A DNA stretch of 64,000 nt from NCBI GenBank assembly GCA_964409645.1, contig CAYPEK010000008.1, positions 2,355-66,354 on the forward strand, in the 5' to 3' direction. Position numbers and translations under genes: made by a program. This DNA is from an uncultured bacterium (GTDB lineage Bacteria > UBP15 > UBA6099). Shown here one piece after another: positions 44,614 through 54,603 of the stretch; position 1 is the stretch's first letter; each line of letters starts with the position of its first letter. The notes under the pieces were generated by a model. That model had not been told where the DNA came from, made no database searches, and saw nothing but the letters and a program-made list of their open reading frames with translations.

Positions 44614-45819
44614 TTATCTGCCGAATATTCCGATGCTGCACACGCTCATTGCGGGGAAGCCGCCGAGGTTGTGCGTGAGTGCGAGTTTATCCGGATATTT
44701 GATCTTCCGTTCTTCCGGCACTCTGCCGAGTATCTGCAGGTAGCACTCGTAGATCATGCGGATGCCCGACGCGCCGATGGGGTGGCCGAAGCATTTCAGG
44801 CCGCCGTCCGGCTGGCAGGGCACTTCGCCCTTGAGGTCGTAGAAGCCGGCGTCGATGTCTTCCTTCGCTTTGCCGACGGGAGATATCTGCAGGTCTTCAT
44901 ACGTCGCGAGCTCGGTGATGGAGAAGCAGTCGTGGACTTCCATCATGCCGATTTCTTCGCGCGGGTTTTTGACGCCCGCTTCGGCGTACGCGCGTTTTCC
45001 GGCTTCGCGGGTCGGCATTACGTATGTGCCGTCCCAGTCGGTGTAGAGGAGTTCTTCGCCCGACGTGCAGGCGATCTGGAGCGCCTTGACGCGGATGAAG
45101 TCGTCGCCTTTGAGCTTCTTGGCGATTTCGGGTGTTGTGACAATCGCACAGGCGGCGCCGTCGCTGACGCCGCAGCAGTCGAAGAGTCCGAGCGGCTCGG
45201 CGATGATCGGGGCTTTCATGATCTGCTCGACGGTGGCCGCTTTGCGGAGGTGCGCTTTAGGGTTGAGCGCGCCGTTGGCGTGGCTCTTCGCGGAGATTTT
45301 CGCGAGTGTCGTTTTGCCTTCGTCGCGGGAGAGTCCGTACTTGTCGAAGTAGCGTGTTGCCATCATCGCGAATCCGCCGGGGGCGGTGATGTTGGCGAGA
45401 ATCATTCGGTTGCGGGTGCCCATGGCCTGACCGAAATCGGGAAGGCCGCCGTAGCCGGTGTCTTTGAGTTTTTCGACGCCCATCGCGAGCGCGATATCGA
45501 CTGCGCCGGAAGCGACCGCATAGACGGCGCCGCGGAACGATTCAGTACCGCTGGCGCAGAAGTTTTCGACGCGGCTGCAGGGGATGAACGGGAGTTTGAG
45601 CGCGAGCGAGATCGGGATCGCGGATTTTCCGACGTTGATCTCCTCGAAGCAGACGCCCATCCACGCCGCCTGAATGTCTTTCTTTTCGATGCCGGCGTCC
45701 TTGATGCATTCGGCGAACGCTTCCACCATCAGGTCGTCGGCGCCTTTGTCCCAGTGCTCGCCGAACTTGGTGCAGCCCATTCCGATAACTGCAACTTTAT
45801 CTCTGATACCTTCAGCCAT
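44614..45819 (-). CDS. SCP2/archaeal-type thiolase (acetyl-CoA acetyltransferase)
   Basis: VENFCASG catalytic Cys, EVHDCFS, GHPIGASG and HNLGG motifs. Confidence 0.92.
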   Translation of the reverse strand: MAEGIRDKVAVIGMGCTKFGEHWDKGADDLMVEAFAECIKDAGIEKKDIQAAWMGVCFEEINVGKSAIPISLALKLPFIPCSRVENFCASGTESFRGAVYAVASGAVDIALAMGVEKLKDTGYGGLPDFGQAMGTRNRMILANITAPGGFAMMATRYFDKYGLSRDEGKTTLAKISAKSHANGALNPKAHLRKAATVEQIMKAPIIAEPLGLFDCCGVSDGAACAIVTTPEIAKKLKGDDFIRVKALQIACTSGEELLYTDWDGTYVMPTREAGKRAYAEAGVKNPREEIGMMEVHDCFSITELATYEDLQISPVGKAKEDIDAGFYDLKGEVPCQPDGGLKCFGHPIGASGIRMIYECYLQILGRVPEERKIKYPDKLALTHNLGGFPAMSVCSIGIFGR

Positions 45820-45820
45820 G

Positions 45821-47278
45821 TCAGTTCGCCTCCTTTCCGGGGGCGGGCACAGCTTTCCATGCGTATCCGCAGATTCCGCGCCCTTCGTCCAGATATTTCA
45901 GCCGGAACGATACTTCGACCGGCATTTGAACTTTCATCGACTTGATGTCCACGTCTGTGAAATCGATCCAGAGGCGGCCGCCGCCGTCCATGTCAACGAG
46001 CCCGTAGATTGCGGGCGGGTCGTAGCTGAATGCCAGCATGTCGCCGGTGAACGTGAACAGCTTGCCGGTTTTGCCGGCGAAGCGGTATGGCTCCATCTGG
46101 TCAACTGCCTGACATTTCGGGTTCGCGCAGATGCGCTGTGCGGGGTATTGCGGGGTTCCGCACGCTTTGCACTTGGAGCCGACGAGGCCGAGCACGATGC
46201 GGCGGTCGCGGCCGAGCGTCGAGAGCGCTGTGGGCGCCGGGGCTTCTCCGCGGATTCCGACTTCGAGCGGCTGAATGCCGCGCCACACCATGTATTTCTC
46301 GTAGTTGTTGAGCTCTTTGCGATTCGCGAGGGCCGCTTTGACCGCGCGCCGGGCCGGAAGTTGCGTAATGGCATCCGTGACCTGAAACAGGAGCACATCC
46401 GCGCCGCTGCCGTAGCCGACCACGACGATCTTGTCGCCGGGTTTCGCGTCTTCGAGGGCCGCCGCGAGCATCAGGCCCGCCTGAGCGGCGCCGCAGTCGC
46501 CCACGTTCGCCGACATCGGATCCTGTATCTGCTCGGGAGCGAGACCCATCTTTTTGCCGAATGCGCTCATGTTGGCGCCGAGGCCGATCACGAGTTTCGA
46601 GATCGTGTTGGGCATTACGCCGAGTTTCTGCGCCGCGCCCATGACCGCTTCGGGCAATATTTTCGATACGCCCGCGTCACGCACCCAGCGCTCTTCCCAC
46701 ATGCGGACGAACTTGTCGCCGTTCATGCGGCGCTGATCCGCGAAGTCGTAGGAAACCGAATGCGAGCCGAGGAATTCCGCGATCACGTTTTCGGAGCCGA
46801 AGAGGAAGGCCGCGCCGGCGTCGCCGAAGAGGTGTTCGAGCGCGCCGCCGGGTTTTCCGAGTCTGCATTCCGACATGCAGGCGAGCGATTGTTTCGCGCG
46901 GCCCGCCGCAACCGCGTCGAGCGCGGAGAGCATTGCCGTGGTGCCGGCCTTGAGGCCGCCGGTGACGTCCGATGTGCCGACGTCTCCTTTGAGGTCGAGC
47001 GCGCCGGAGACTATCGACGCGTTCATCCGTTCGATGTAAGGCAGAGTGGTCGAGCCGACGAAGAGCGCGTCGATCTTCCCGGCATCGAGCCCCGCGAGGC
47101 AGTTCATCGCCGCGTTTGCCGCAAGCGTGATGCTGTCCTCGTCGTAATTGCAAACCGAGCGTTCGCCCTTTGCGATGCCGGCCGTGAACGGGGCATACCA
47201 GCCCATGGCCTGAAAGATCGCCTGCCGCTGGAGCCTGTAGCGGGGGATGTACGCTCCGTACGAGGTGATTCCAACCAT
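45821..47278 (-). CDS. HMG-CoA-synthase-like domain fused to DUF35 (Zn-ribbon + OB-fold)
   Basis: MVGITSYGAYIPRYR, ERSV.NYDEDSITLA and GDAGAAF motifs; C-terminal CKACG...CANPKC zinc ribbon and OB-fold; 1-nt gap to the thiolase. Confidence 0.88.
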   Translation of the reverse strand: MVGITSYGAYIPRYRLQRQAIFQAMGWYAPFTAGIAKGERSVCNYDEDSITLAANAAMNCLAGLDAGKIDALFVGSTTLPYIERMNASIVSGALDLKGDVGTSDVTGGLKAGTTAMLSALDAVAAGRAKQSLACMSECRLGKPGGALEHLFGDAGAAFLFGSENVIAEFLGSHSVSYDFADQRRMNGDKFVRMWEERWVRDAGVSKILPEAVMGAAQKLGVMPNTISKLVIGLGANMSAFGKKMGLAPEQIQDPMSANVGDCGAAQAGLMLAAALEDAKPGDKIVVVGYGSGADVLLFQVTDAITQLPARRAVKAALANRKELNNYEKYMVWRGIQPLEVGIRGEAPAPTALSTLGRDRRIVLGLVGSKCKACGTPQYPAQRICANPKCQAVDQMEPYRFAGKTGKLFTFTGDMLAFSYDPPAIYGLVDMDGGGRLWIDFTDVDIKSMKVQMPVEVSFRLKYLDEGRGICGYAWKAVPAPGKEAN

Positions 47279-47497
47279 AGAATCGCTCCTTTCATGAAAT
47301 ATTTATTTTGAATCATTAACAGCAGAGATATTCTGAGAGAGTTATCCCGGCCGGGAGCATTCTACATCGGGGCGTGCGCGGCGTCAATGTGTGATTTTTT
47401 TCACATGGTTGCGCGGCGTGCGGGCCGCGTAATTTTTTGTAACGGTTTTGACGTTTTGTGATAGAATAGGACGTCAAAATTGACTCTGAGGTGGTAC

Positions 47498-49390
47498 ATG
47501 GCTTTAAGACGATATATCTGTTTGGCGATTTGTATGATTGCGTTTGCGACCTGCGTGCGGCAGGCTGTTTCCGCTCCGCACGCGGACAGGCAGGTGACGC
47601 TCGGCGCGACGACGTTCGATTACGGCGCGGGGCCGGAACGGATCGAGCAGTTCTATAAAGACGCGGGCGTCGAGAGCTGGGCGGCGGCCGGCGTGACGAG
47701 CTGGGAAAGCTACATCCGCTGGAAGGGCATCGAACCGCTGCCGGATAATTGGGATTTCACCACGTACGATAAGGAGCTGGAGGTGCTCACGCGCAACAAT
47801 ATTAAGTGGGTGCCGTTCCTGATCGCCGGTCCGAACTATACGACTCCGTGGTGGTTCATGAACTCAGCCGACGCGCTGTTTTACCGCTGCCTCGAACACG
47901 GCACGGACAGCGGCGTGCAGAGCCTGTTCAACCCCGCGCTGCGTCCGCACGTCGAGGAGTTCATCGCGAAGTTCGCCGAGCACTACAAGCCGACGGGCGC
48001 GATCGAGAGCGTTCTGCTCGGCATCACCGGCGACTACGGCGAGGCGATTTATCCGGTGGAGGATGTGGGGCACTGGACGGGCGCGTACCACCAGCACCCG
48101 GGGTTCTGGGCGGGCGACCGCGCGGCGCGCGCGAGTTTCGTCGCGTGGCTGACGGCGAAGTACGGCGACGTCGGCGCGCTGAACAAGGCGTGGGGCGCGG
48201 GCTACGCGTCGTTCGGCGACGTCGCGCCGTTTCTTCCGGAGAATAAACCGAGCGACATTGCATGGCTGGACATGATGGAGTGGTACCGGAATGGGATCGA
48301 GGACTGGGCGGATTTCTGGCTGGCGACGACGCGGAAGAATTTTCCCGATACGCCGATCTATCTTTGCACGGGCGGCCAAGGTGAGATTCGCCACGGGTCG
48401 CGATTCGGCAGACAGGTGAAGATCGCGGCGAAGTACGGCGCAGGCGTGCGGATCACGAATGAGGGGAGCGAATACCCGAGGAATTTCACTCTGACGCGCT
48501 GGGTGGCGTCCGCAAGCAAATTTTATAAAACTTACTATGGGTTCGAGCCGGCGAGCGGCGTGGACGAAAACGGGTTGCTCCGCCGGGTGTACAATGTGAC
48601 GGCGAGCGGCGCGCAGCAGCTTTTCGAGTACAACGGCAACGCGTACCACGGCGGCTGGGTCAACAACTGGCCAGCCATGGTGACGAGGTTTGAAACCGCG
48701 GACTCGATCACGCCGGTCGCGGTGTTTATTCCGGAAACTTATCTCGTTCTGAATCAGGACAGTCTCAACGGTTTTTACACTATGTTGCGTTTCATTCGGG
48801 ATGTGGCCGATTTTAATTTTGTGGACGAAACGATGGCGGCCGACGGCGCGCTTGAGGGATATGAAGTGCTGCTGATGCCGGAGGGGACGATCGTGGGCGA
48901 CGCGGCGGGCGCGGCGATCGAGAAGTGGGCGCGTGGCGGCGGGTTGCTCGTCGGCCCCGAACTCGCCGGGGTGAAACTCGTATCCGGCGCGCCGCTGCTG
49001 CCGGGCTTCACATCGCCGGGGACAAACAGCAAGAAGATTGCTGAAATGGCGAAACCGTACGGGAAGGGGTTCGTGGCGTCGTACTCCGCGGAGCTCGCGC
49101 AGTTGATGAAGGCCATGAGGAAGCAGGATGTGGCGCGGGAGGCGTTCTTCCGCGCGTGCACGGTGGACAAGCGCTACTCCTGCCTGCCGGAGGCGGACGG
49201 GCAGTCGGACGGTGTTTATACTACGCTGACGCGCGATGGGTTGCTGATGCTCAACACGACGGACCTGCCGTTTTCGCGCGAGGTGAAGCTCCACGGGCCG
49301 ACTCTCAAGCGGCTCGGCATCGAAGGCGCTCCGGCGAAGATGAATGTGAGCTTGCCCCCCCAGAGTTTCGAGCTGATTAAATTTAAATGA
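47498..49390 (+). CDS. Exported clan GH-A-like glycoside hydrolase (GH42/GH14-like) with a C-terminal trimerisation-type domain
   Basis: Signal peptide; SYIRWKGIEP..DNWDF, ITGDYGEAIYP, LNKAWGAGYASF and FEPAS motifs; DFNFVDE...LEGYEVLLMP. Confidence 0.7.
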   Translation: MALRRYICLAICMIAFATCVRQAVSAPHADRQVTLGATTFDYGAGPERIEQFYKDAGVESWAAAGVTSWESYIRWKGIEPLPDNWDFTTYDKELEVLTRNNIKWVPFLIAGPNYTTPWWFMNSADALFYRCLEHGTDSGVQSLFNPALRPHVEEFIAKFAEHYKPTGAIESVLLGITGDYGEAIYPVEDVGHWTGAYHQHPGFWAGDRAARASFVAWLTAKYGDVGALNKAWGAGYASFGDVAPFLPENKPSDIAWLDMMEWYRNGIEDWADFWLATTRKNFPDTPIYLCTGGQGEIRHGSRFGRQVKIAAKYGAGVRITNEGSEYPRNFTLTRWVASASKFYKTYYGFEPASGVDENGLLRRVYNVTASGAQQLFEYNGNAYHGGWVNNWPAMVTRFETADSITPVAVFIPETYLVLNQDSLNGFYTMLRFIRDVADFNFVDETMAADGALEGYEVLLMPEGTIVGDAAGAAIEKWARGGGLLVGPELAGVKLVSGAPLLPGFTSPGTNSKKIAEMAKPYGKGFVASYSAELAQLMKAMRKQDVAREAFFRACTVDKRYSCLPEADGQSDGVYTTLTRDGLLMLNTTDLPFSREVKLHGPTLKRLGIEGAPAKMNVSLPPQSFELIKFK

Positions 49391-49424
49391 TTTGCCATAA
49401 AGGCACTAAAACGCATAAAAAGAC

Positions 49425-50480
49425 ATGAATTTTACGGAGGCCGGGATTGTGAACAAAGTCAAACTGCAATACGAAAGTGTAAATGCGCTTGCGGAACTCG
49501 ATTATTTCCGCATCGGCGACGACGGGAAAATTGCGCTGGCGTCGAAAGACCTCGGTCCTATCATCGACATGCACACGCACCTCGGATTCGGCTCCGCGTT
49601 CGCGCCGCCGATCGACCTCTCGAAGCGCACGCATCTGGTCTCGTACAGCTTCCACGAAACCGGACACCGCGTTGACCTCTCCGTCTATTCCGGGATCAAC
49701 CTCACGCGCGAGAACCGCGACGGGATGTTCCGCGACTACATCGAGGCCGGCTTGCTCGGCAGGGGCGCTGTCACCACGTACACCGCCGCGAACCTCATCG
49801 CCGAGATGGACCGCATGGGGCTTGAGCGCGCCGTGTCGCTCGCGATGGACCTCCCCGGCAGCATGCGGGTGTCCGAGTTGCACATCCGCGCCGCGGGCGA
49901 CGGCAGCCGAATCGTCCCGTTCTGCGGGGTCAGTCCACGCTCGCTTTTGTGGGAGCGGCACGTCGAAAAATGCATCGAACTCGGCGCGCGCGGCCTCAAA
50001 TATCACCCGTACATCAACATCATGGCGCCCAGCCACCCCACGGCGATCAAGCTCTTCAAGCGGTGGTCGCGCTCCGGACTGCCCATCCTTTTCCACACCT
50101 CTCACAACGGTGTCGAACCCGCCATTCTCAGGCAGTTCTCCGACATCGAACTCTACAGCGAGCCGCTTCGCCGCCTGCCGGACGCCACGTTTGTGCTCGG
50201 ACACGCCGGAATGGGCTACTACCGCGAGGCGGCCGCAATGGCAAAATCGCATGGCAACACCTACCTCGAAATCGGCGGCCAGCCGCCCGATGTCGTCCGC
50301 GAACTGATCGACCTTGTCGGCCCGGACAAGTTGCTGTATGGCTCCGACTGGCCCGTGTATCCACTCGCCATGCCGCTCGCGAAAGTTTTCATCGCCACCG
50401 AAGGCGACCCGGAAACCCGGCGCAAAATTCTCTACGAAAATGCGAACGCACTCCTGAACCGCACAGCGAAAAAACAGTAG
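49425..50480 (+). CDS. Amidohydrolase_2 family metallohydrolase
   Basis: IDMHTHL, GLKYHP, LFHTS, LGHAG and LYGSDWP motifs. Confidence 0.88.
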   Translation: MNFTEAGIVNKVKLQYESVNALAELDYFRIGDDGKIALASKDLGPIIDMHTHLGFGSAFAPPIDLSKRTHLVSYSFHETGHRVDLSVYSGINLTRENRDGMFRDYIEAGLLGRGAVTTYTAANLIAEMDRMGLERAVSLAMDLPGSMRVSELHIRAAGDGSRIVPFCGVSPRSLLWERHVEKCIELGARGLKYHPYINIMAPSHPTAIKLFKRWSRSGLPILFHTSHNGVEPAILRQFSDIELYSEPLRRLPDATFVLGHAGMGYYREAAAMAKSHGNTYLEIGGQPPDVVRELIDLVGPDKLLYGSDWPVYPLAMPLAKVFIATEGDPETRRKILYENANALLNRTAKKQ

Positions 50481-50508
50481 CCGGCAGCTGGTAGCTGGGG
50501 ACTGGGGA

Positions 50509-50930
50509 AATCCGAGCCGCGCGCGTCAGCAAGCGGTCACGTAGAAGAATAAATTAGCAAACTGGTAAAAGAGCCAAAAGCAGGGACTGGCAACGCGGCT
50601 TTGTCGCGGTGCCTGTCCCCCTTTGAAGCAGCATAAATACAGTCGCAAGAATCGGGATCGTGAACTCAGGAAAAAAGGCAAAAAGCCACTTGATAGTTAT
50701 GTAGCAGGGCGGGGTTGCCGATCATTAATCCGAGCCGCGACCCGGCGTTTTTTAAATAATCACCACAAAGACACCAAGACACAAAGGGAATACGAAAAGC
50801 GGCACAGCCGCTTTTTTGAGATTACGCCACGTGTTTATCCCATGAATGGTTTTATATGAGCGAAGCGAATCCGAGCCGCGCGCGTCAGAGCGCGATTATG
50901 TTTACTTTGTGTCTTGGTGCCTTTGTGGTG
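50509..50930. repeat. Intergenic mosaic of REP-like families A, B, D and E
   Basis: A 50509-50542; E 50583-50619; truncated B+A 50704-50740; D(+) 50761-50787; AAAAGCGGCACAGCCGCTTTT hairpin; A variant 50859-50893; D(-) 50905-50930. Confidence 0.8.
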
Positions 50931-51042
50931 GATTTTATAAAGGCAACCCGGCGTCGCTGAAGAAGTAACAAACATACTTCTCTCTTGTGATAATTCCACA
51001 ATTTGATTATAAGCATAATAATAAGCAGGGGAGGGTGGCCGA

Positions 51043-52068
51043 ATGGAATACAGGATGCTTGGCAGCACAGGATTGAAGATTTCCGAACTCGGATTCGGCG
51101 GGATTCCGATACTGCGTCTCGAAACAGACGAGGCCGTCCGCATCCTGCGGCGCGCGCTCGACCTTGGCATAACGTTCTTCGACACCGCCAATCTTTACAA
51201 GGACAGCGAGACCAAAATGGGACTCGCGTTCTCCGGCGTGCGCGACAGGATTGTCCTCGCGACAAAGACTCTGAATCGGGACGCCGCAGGCGCTGTCAAG
51301 CAACTCGAAAACAGTCTCCGCTGCCTCAAAACGGACCATATCGACCTCTACCAACTGCATCAGGTGATTGATGACGCTGTGCTCGACGCCCTGATGGCTC
51401 CGGACGGCGCATACGGGGCGCTTGTCAAAGCGAAGGAGGCGGGCAAGATCGGCCACATCGGCGTCACCTCGCACAATCTGGATATGTCCGTGAAACTGGC
51501 GAAAACCGGACTGTTTGAGACCGTGCAGTTCCCGTTCAATTTCATCGAGAAGGAACCGGCGGACGAACTCATCGTGGCCGCGCGCGAGCGCGGAATGGGG
51601 ATGATCGCGATGAAACCGTTTGCGGGCGGCGCGATAGACAACGCGGTCCTCGCGTTTAAATTCCTGCGGCAGTACCCGGAAGTGGTCCCGATCCCCGGCT
51701 GTGATTCCGTCGCGTCGGTGGACGAATTGGTGTCGTTCTACGACCGGCCGAACGAGTTGACGGACGGCGACTTGGCGCTGATGGAGGAGTACCGGACGAA
51801 GCTCGGGAGGCGGTTCTGTCGCCGTTGCGAGTACTGCCAGCCGTGTCCGAACGGAGTGGAAATAACTTTGTCGATGGGTTACCCGATACTCGTGTCGCGG
51901 ATGTCAGTGGCGATCGGAACCGCGTGGGCTGCATCCGCGATGGAGTCCACGCTCAACTGCACCGAATGCGGCGAATGCATCGAGCGCTGTCCCTACGACC
52001 TCCCCATCCCGGACGTTCTCAAGGAAAACTACGCCCTGTACAAAAAGCATATCGAAGAACTGAAGTAG
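51043..52068 (+). CDS. Aldo/keto reductase with 4Fe-4S dicluster domain
   Basis: GITFFDTANLY, DLYQLH, GHIGVTSH and AMKPFAGG motifs; CRRCEYCQPCP and CTECGECIERCP. Confidence 0.92.
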   Translation: MEYRMLGSTGLKISELGFGGIPILRLETDEAVRILRRALDLGITFFDTANLYKDSETKMGLAFSGVRDRIVLATKTLNRDAAGAVKQLENSLRCLKTDHIDLYQLHQVIDDAVLDALMAPDGAYGALVKAKEAGKIGHIGVTSHNLDMSVKLAKTGLFETVQFPFNFIEKEPADELIVAARERGMGMIAMKPFAGGAIDNAVLAFKFLRQYPEVVPIPGCDSVASVDELVSFYDRPNELTDGDLALMEEYRTKLGRRFCRRCEYCQPCPNGVEITLSMGYPILVSRMSVAIGTAWAASAMESTLNCTECGECIERCPYDLPIPDVLKENYALYKKHIEELK

Positions 52069-52095
52069 TAATTTCTAAAAAACACAGTTGCGAAA

Positions 52096-54603
52096 TTACT
52101 TTTTCGGTTTGATAGAGTCGAGTCGTTTTTGGGCGGCGAATATGCGCGCGAGCAGTGCGGGGTCGTCCGTGAACGTCGCCGCCTTGAATAGTTCGAGGCG
52201 GTATGAGTCGATTGTTTCTTTTTTGATATTTTTTCCCTTGATCTCGAACTCGACGGAGCGGACAAGTGCGCGGGAGTCGTAAGGATTTGACTTGAGATAA
52301 ATCGACGTCGCATTACTCACTTTGCGGCCGAAATCTTTCCGGTTTTCTGGGCAAGCGTCGATTTTTTCGAAGACGGTTCTCATGGTGGGAATGTCGTACG
52401 TTGCATAATCATCCGATTCTTCATCGTTGTAATCATACATCGAGTCTTCGTCTTCCGAATCGTCATCATCTCTCGGCTTGAGAATTCTGAGATAGTTGTC
52501 GCAGGCGGCGTTGGTGTCGCCTTTTTTCTCGAATGCTTTCGCGCGCAGTTCCGGGTCAATCGAGCTGCTTGAAAGCACCGAGTCGTAGTCGCCTGTGATA
52601 TAGGAAATATTGTTCTGGCTGCTGGATGTATCCACGTCGGTTCGGCTGCTCACGTAGTCGAGGATTTGGGAGGCTTCCTTGAATTTCCGGTAGTAGGCCT
52701 CCATGCCTATGTATTTGGATGTATCCATCCATTCCACGCCGGATACCGAGGCGGCTTTTTTGATTCGTGAGGCGGCTTCTTTCTCGATTGCCGGGACGTC
52801 ATACTTGGTGGCGAACGAGGGCCGCGAGTCGGGGAAGGCGCTGAAAAGCGACAGGGCGTAGGAGGGGTCTTCCGGTGCGAGGCGCGCCGCGCGTTCGAGG
52901 CGTTTCATCTGCTCTGGCGGGTTGCCCCCGTTGCGCGGTGAATACATCGCGTACGAGAGCATGTACTGGAACAGTCCGAGGCTGACGCGCTGAGCTTTCC
53001 TGCGCTCGGAGGCGCTCATGTAGGCTGCCTCGCGCCCTCGCGGCAGGATCACCGCCATCTGGTTGTCTCTCTTGCGCCACTCTTTTTCGAATATGCTCAC
53101 GGGGTGGTCCACCCAGACGTCATACGTCGCGACGTCGTAGGCAATGAGCGTGTCGAGGGCGCTGTCGTAACCGAAAATCACGAACACGTGTTGCGGAATG
53201 AAGACGAGTACGGGCACTTTCCGCCGGATGTAGTGTTTTATGTCGGAGACTTTCGCGTTTGTTCTGATGTAGAAATTGAGATCGTTGTTTTCGGCGTAGT
53301 AGAACATGTCGATCATGTCGGTGCCGAAGAATGTGTATGTGATGTTGGTGCCGATCTGCTTCGCGGTTGTGTGTTTGTTCCAATAGTTGAAGACGAGGGC
53401 GAGCGAGTTGGGGGCGCAGTAGGCGGACCGGTATTCGGTGCGCGCCTCGACAGAGGGAATGGTCACTCTTTTGCCCTTGCGCGAGTTGTCGCCGAGCCGG
53501 TCCATGAACAGCTTTGCATTGCGCGCGAATTCTTTGTTGGCGGTGTATTTCGTGAGCACGTTCTTGAACGCGGCTTCCGCGTCGTCGTCGTAGCCGATCT
53601 TGTGGAGCAGCAGGCCGATTCGGAACTGGAGGTATGATGCGCTGTAGCGGCTCGGATAGAGATTCAGGCTTTTTTCGTAGAGTAGGAGGGCGGGGCGGAT
53701 GTCCGCGCGGCGCTCGGCGGCTTTGCCGAGTATCAGGAAGTCGTAGCTGATGATGCCGGTGTAAACGACGGCGGTGAGCGCGAGCATGAGAGAGAGGTAG
53801 CCGACGAGCAACACTTTGCCGACGTAGGCGCGCAGTCCGGAGGCCGAGTACAGGATCAGCGCGCCGATCACCGAGAATATAGCGAAAATGAACGGGAACA
53901 GCGCTCCGGCGGCCGGGGCTGCGCTGTGCGGCGAAACTCCGTAAGACTGGAACGAGATCATGTCAACGAAGAACTGCCACATGAACATGAGGAAGGCTGA
54001 AGTGAGGATGAGGCCCGCCATCAGTTTGAACGGCATCTTCAGGTCTTCCTCGCGGATGAGGCCGCCCGCGATGCCGCCGATTACGGCGCCGACGAACGTC
54101 ATCGAAAGAATCATTATCATCATGAATTCGTCCGCGGAGAATGCGTGCGGGTTGATGGGGAGCAGCGTGCTGAGAACCGAGTCGGACAGGAGGTTGTAGA
54201 GGATGCCGAAGAGCGCGCCTGTCGGATATCCGAGAGCGAGCCCGGCAAGGACTCCGAAAATTATCCGCTTGATACCGCCCCTGAATTTGGGCTCGCCCGC
54301 GGCCTTGTTTTCTTCCTGCAGCCGCGCGAATCCTTTGTAAACGAACGCAAAGCAAAAAAGGCCGAAAAGCAAGTTAAAGCAGACGAAGATGAGGGCGATG
54401 TAATACCATCTGGTGTTGATGAACCAGACGGCGGCGGCCATGGCGATTATCAGCAGGGCCGACAGCGCGGCGAAGAAACCGCCCGCCTTCCGCCTTCCGA
54501 GCCGGTAGAGTGCAAGCGAACAAACCGCCGAGCCGCCGGGCGCGGAGAGGAAAAGCGATGCGATCAGAATCACCGCCGGATGCGGGACTGTGCTCCGTTT
54601 CAT
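52096..54603 (-). CDS. Multi-TM + TPR + C39-like cysteine peptidase (predicted active)
   Basis: About 7-8 N-terminal TM segments, then TPR; YCAPNSLALVFNYW (Cys 53416-53418), PQHVFVIFGYD (His 53188-53190), LIAYD (Asp 53134-53136); acidic patch and C-terminal TPR-like helices. Confidence 0.8.
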   Translation of the reverse strand: MKRSTVPHPAVILIASLFLSAPGGSAVCSLALYRLGRRKAGGFFAALSALLIIAMAAAVWFINTRWYYIALIFVCFNLLFGLFCFAFVYKGFARLQEENKAAGEPKFRGGIKRIIFGVLAGLALGYPTGALFGILYNLLSDSVLSTLLPINPHAFSADEFMMIMILSMTFVGAVIGGIAGGLIREEDLKMPFKLMAGLILTSAFLMFMWQFFVDMISFQSYGVSPHSAAPAAGALFPFIFAIFSVIGALILYSASGLRAYVGKVLLVGYLSLMLALTAVVYTGIISYDFLILGKAAERRADIRPALLLYEKSLNLYPSRYSASYLQFRIGLLLHKIGYDDDAEAAFKNVLTKYTANKEFARNAKLFMDRLGDNSRKGKRVTIPSVEARTEYRSAYCAPNSLALVFNYWNKHTTAKQIGTNITYTFFGTDMIDMFYYAENNDLNFYIRTNAKVSDIKHYIRRKVPVLVFIPQHVFVIFGYDSALDTLIAYDVATYDVWVDHPVSIFEKEWRKRDNQMAVILPRGREAAYMSASERRKAQRVSLGLFQYMLSYAMYSPRNGGNPPEQMKRLERAARLAPEDPSYALSLFSAFPDSRPSFATKYDVPAIEKEAASRIKKAASVSGVEWMDTSKYIGMEAYYRKFKEASQILDYVSSRTDVDTSSSQNNISYITGDYDSVLSSSSIDPELRAKAFEKKGDTNAACDNYLRILKPRDDDDSEDEDSMYDYNDEESDDYATYDIPTMRTVFEKIDACPENRKDFGRKVSNATSIYLKSNPYDSRALVRSVEFEIKGKNIKKETIDSYRLELFKAATFTDDPALLARIFAAQKRLDSIKPKK

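Noticed and set aside
45821-47278. Functional mevalonate-pathway HMG-CoA synthase
   Set aside because: The catalytic Cys and His motifs appear substituted, and no HMG-CoA reductase or mevalonate kinase genes are nearby.
21039-50930. Possible CRISPR array among the repeated 25-35 bp motifs
   Set aside because: Copies are dispersed, vary in orientation, lack regular unique spacers, and no cas genes are present. They behave like REPs.
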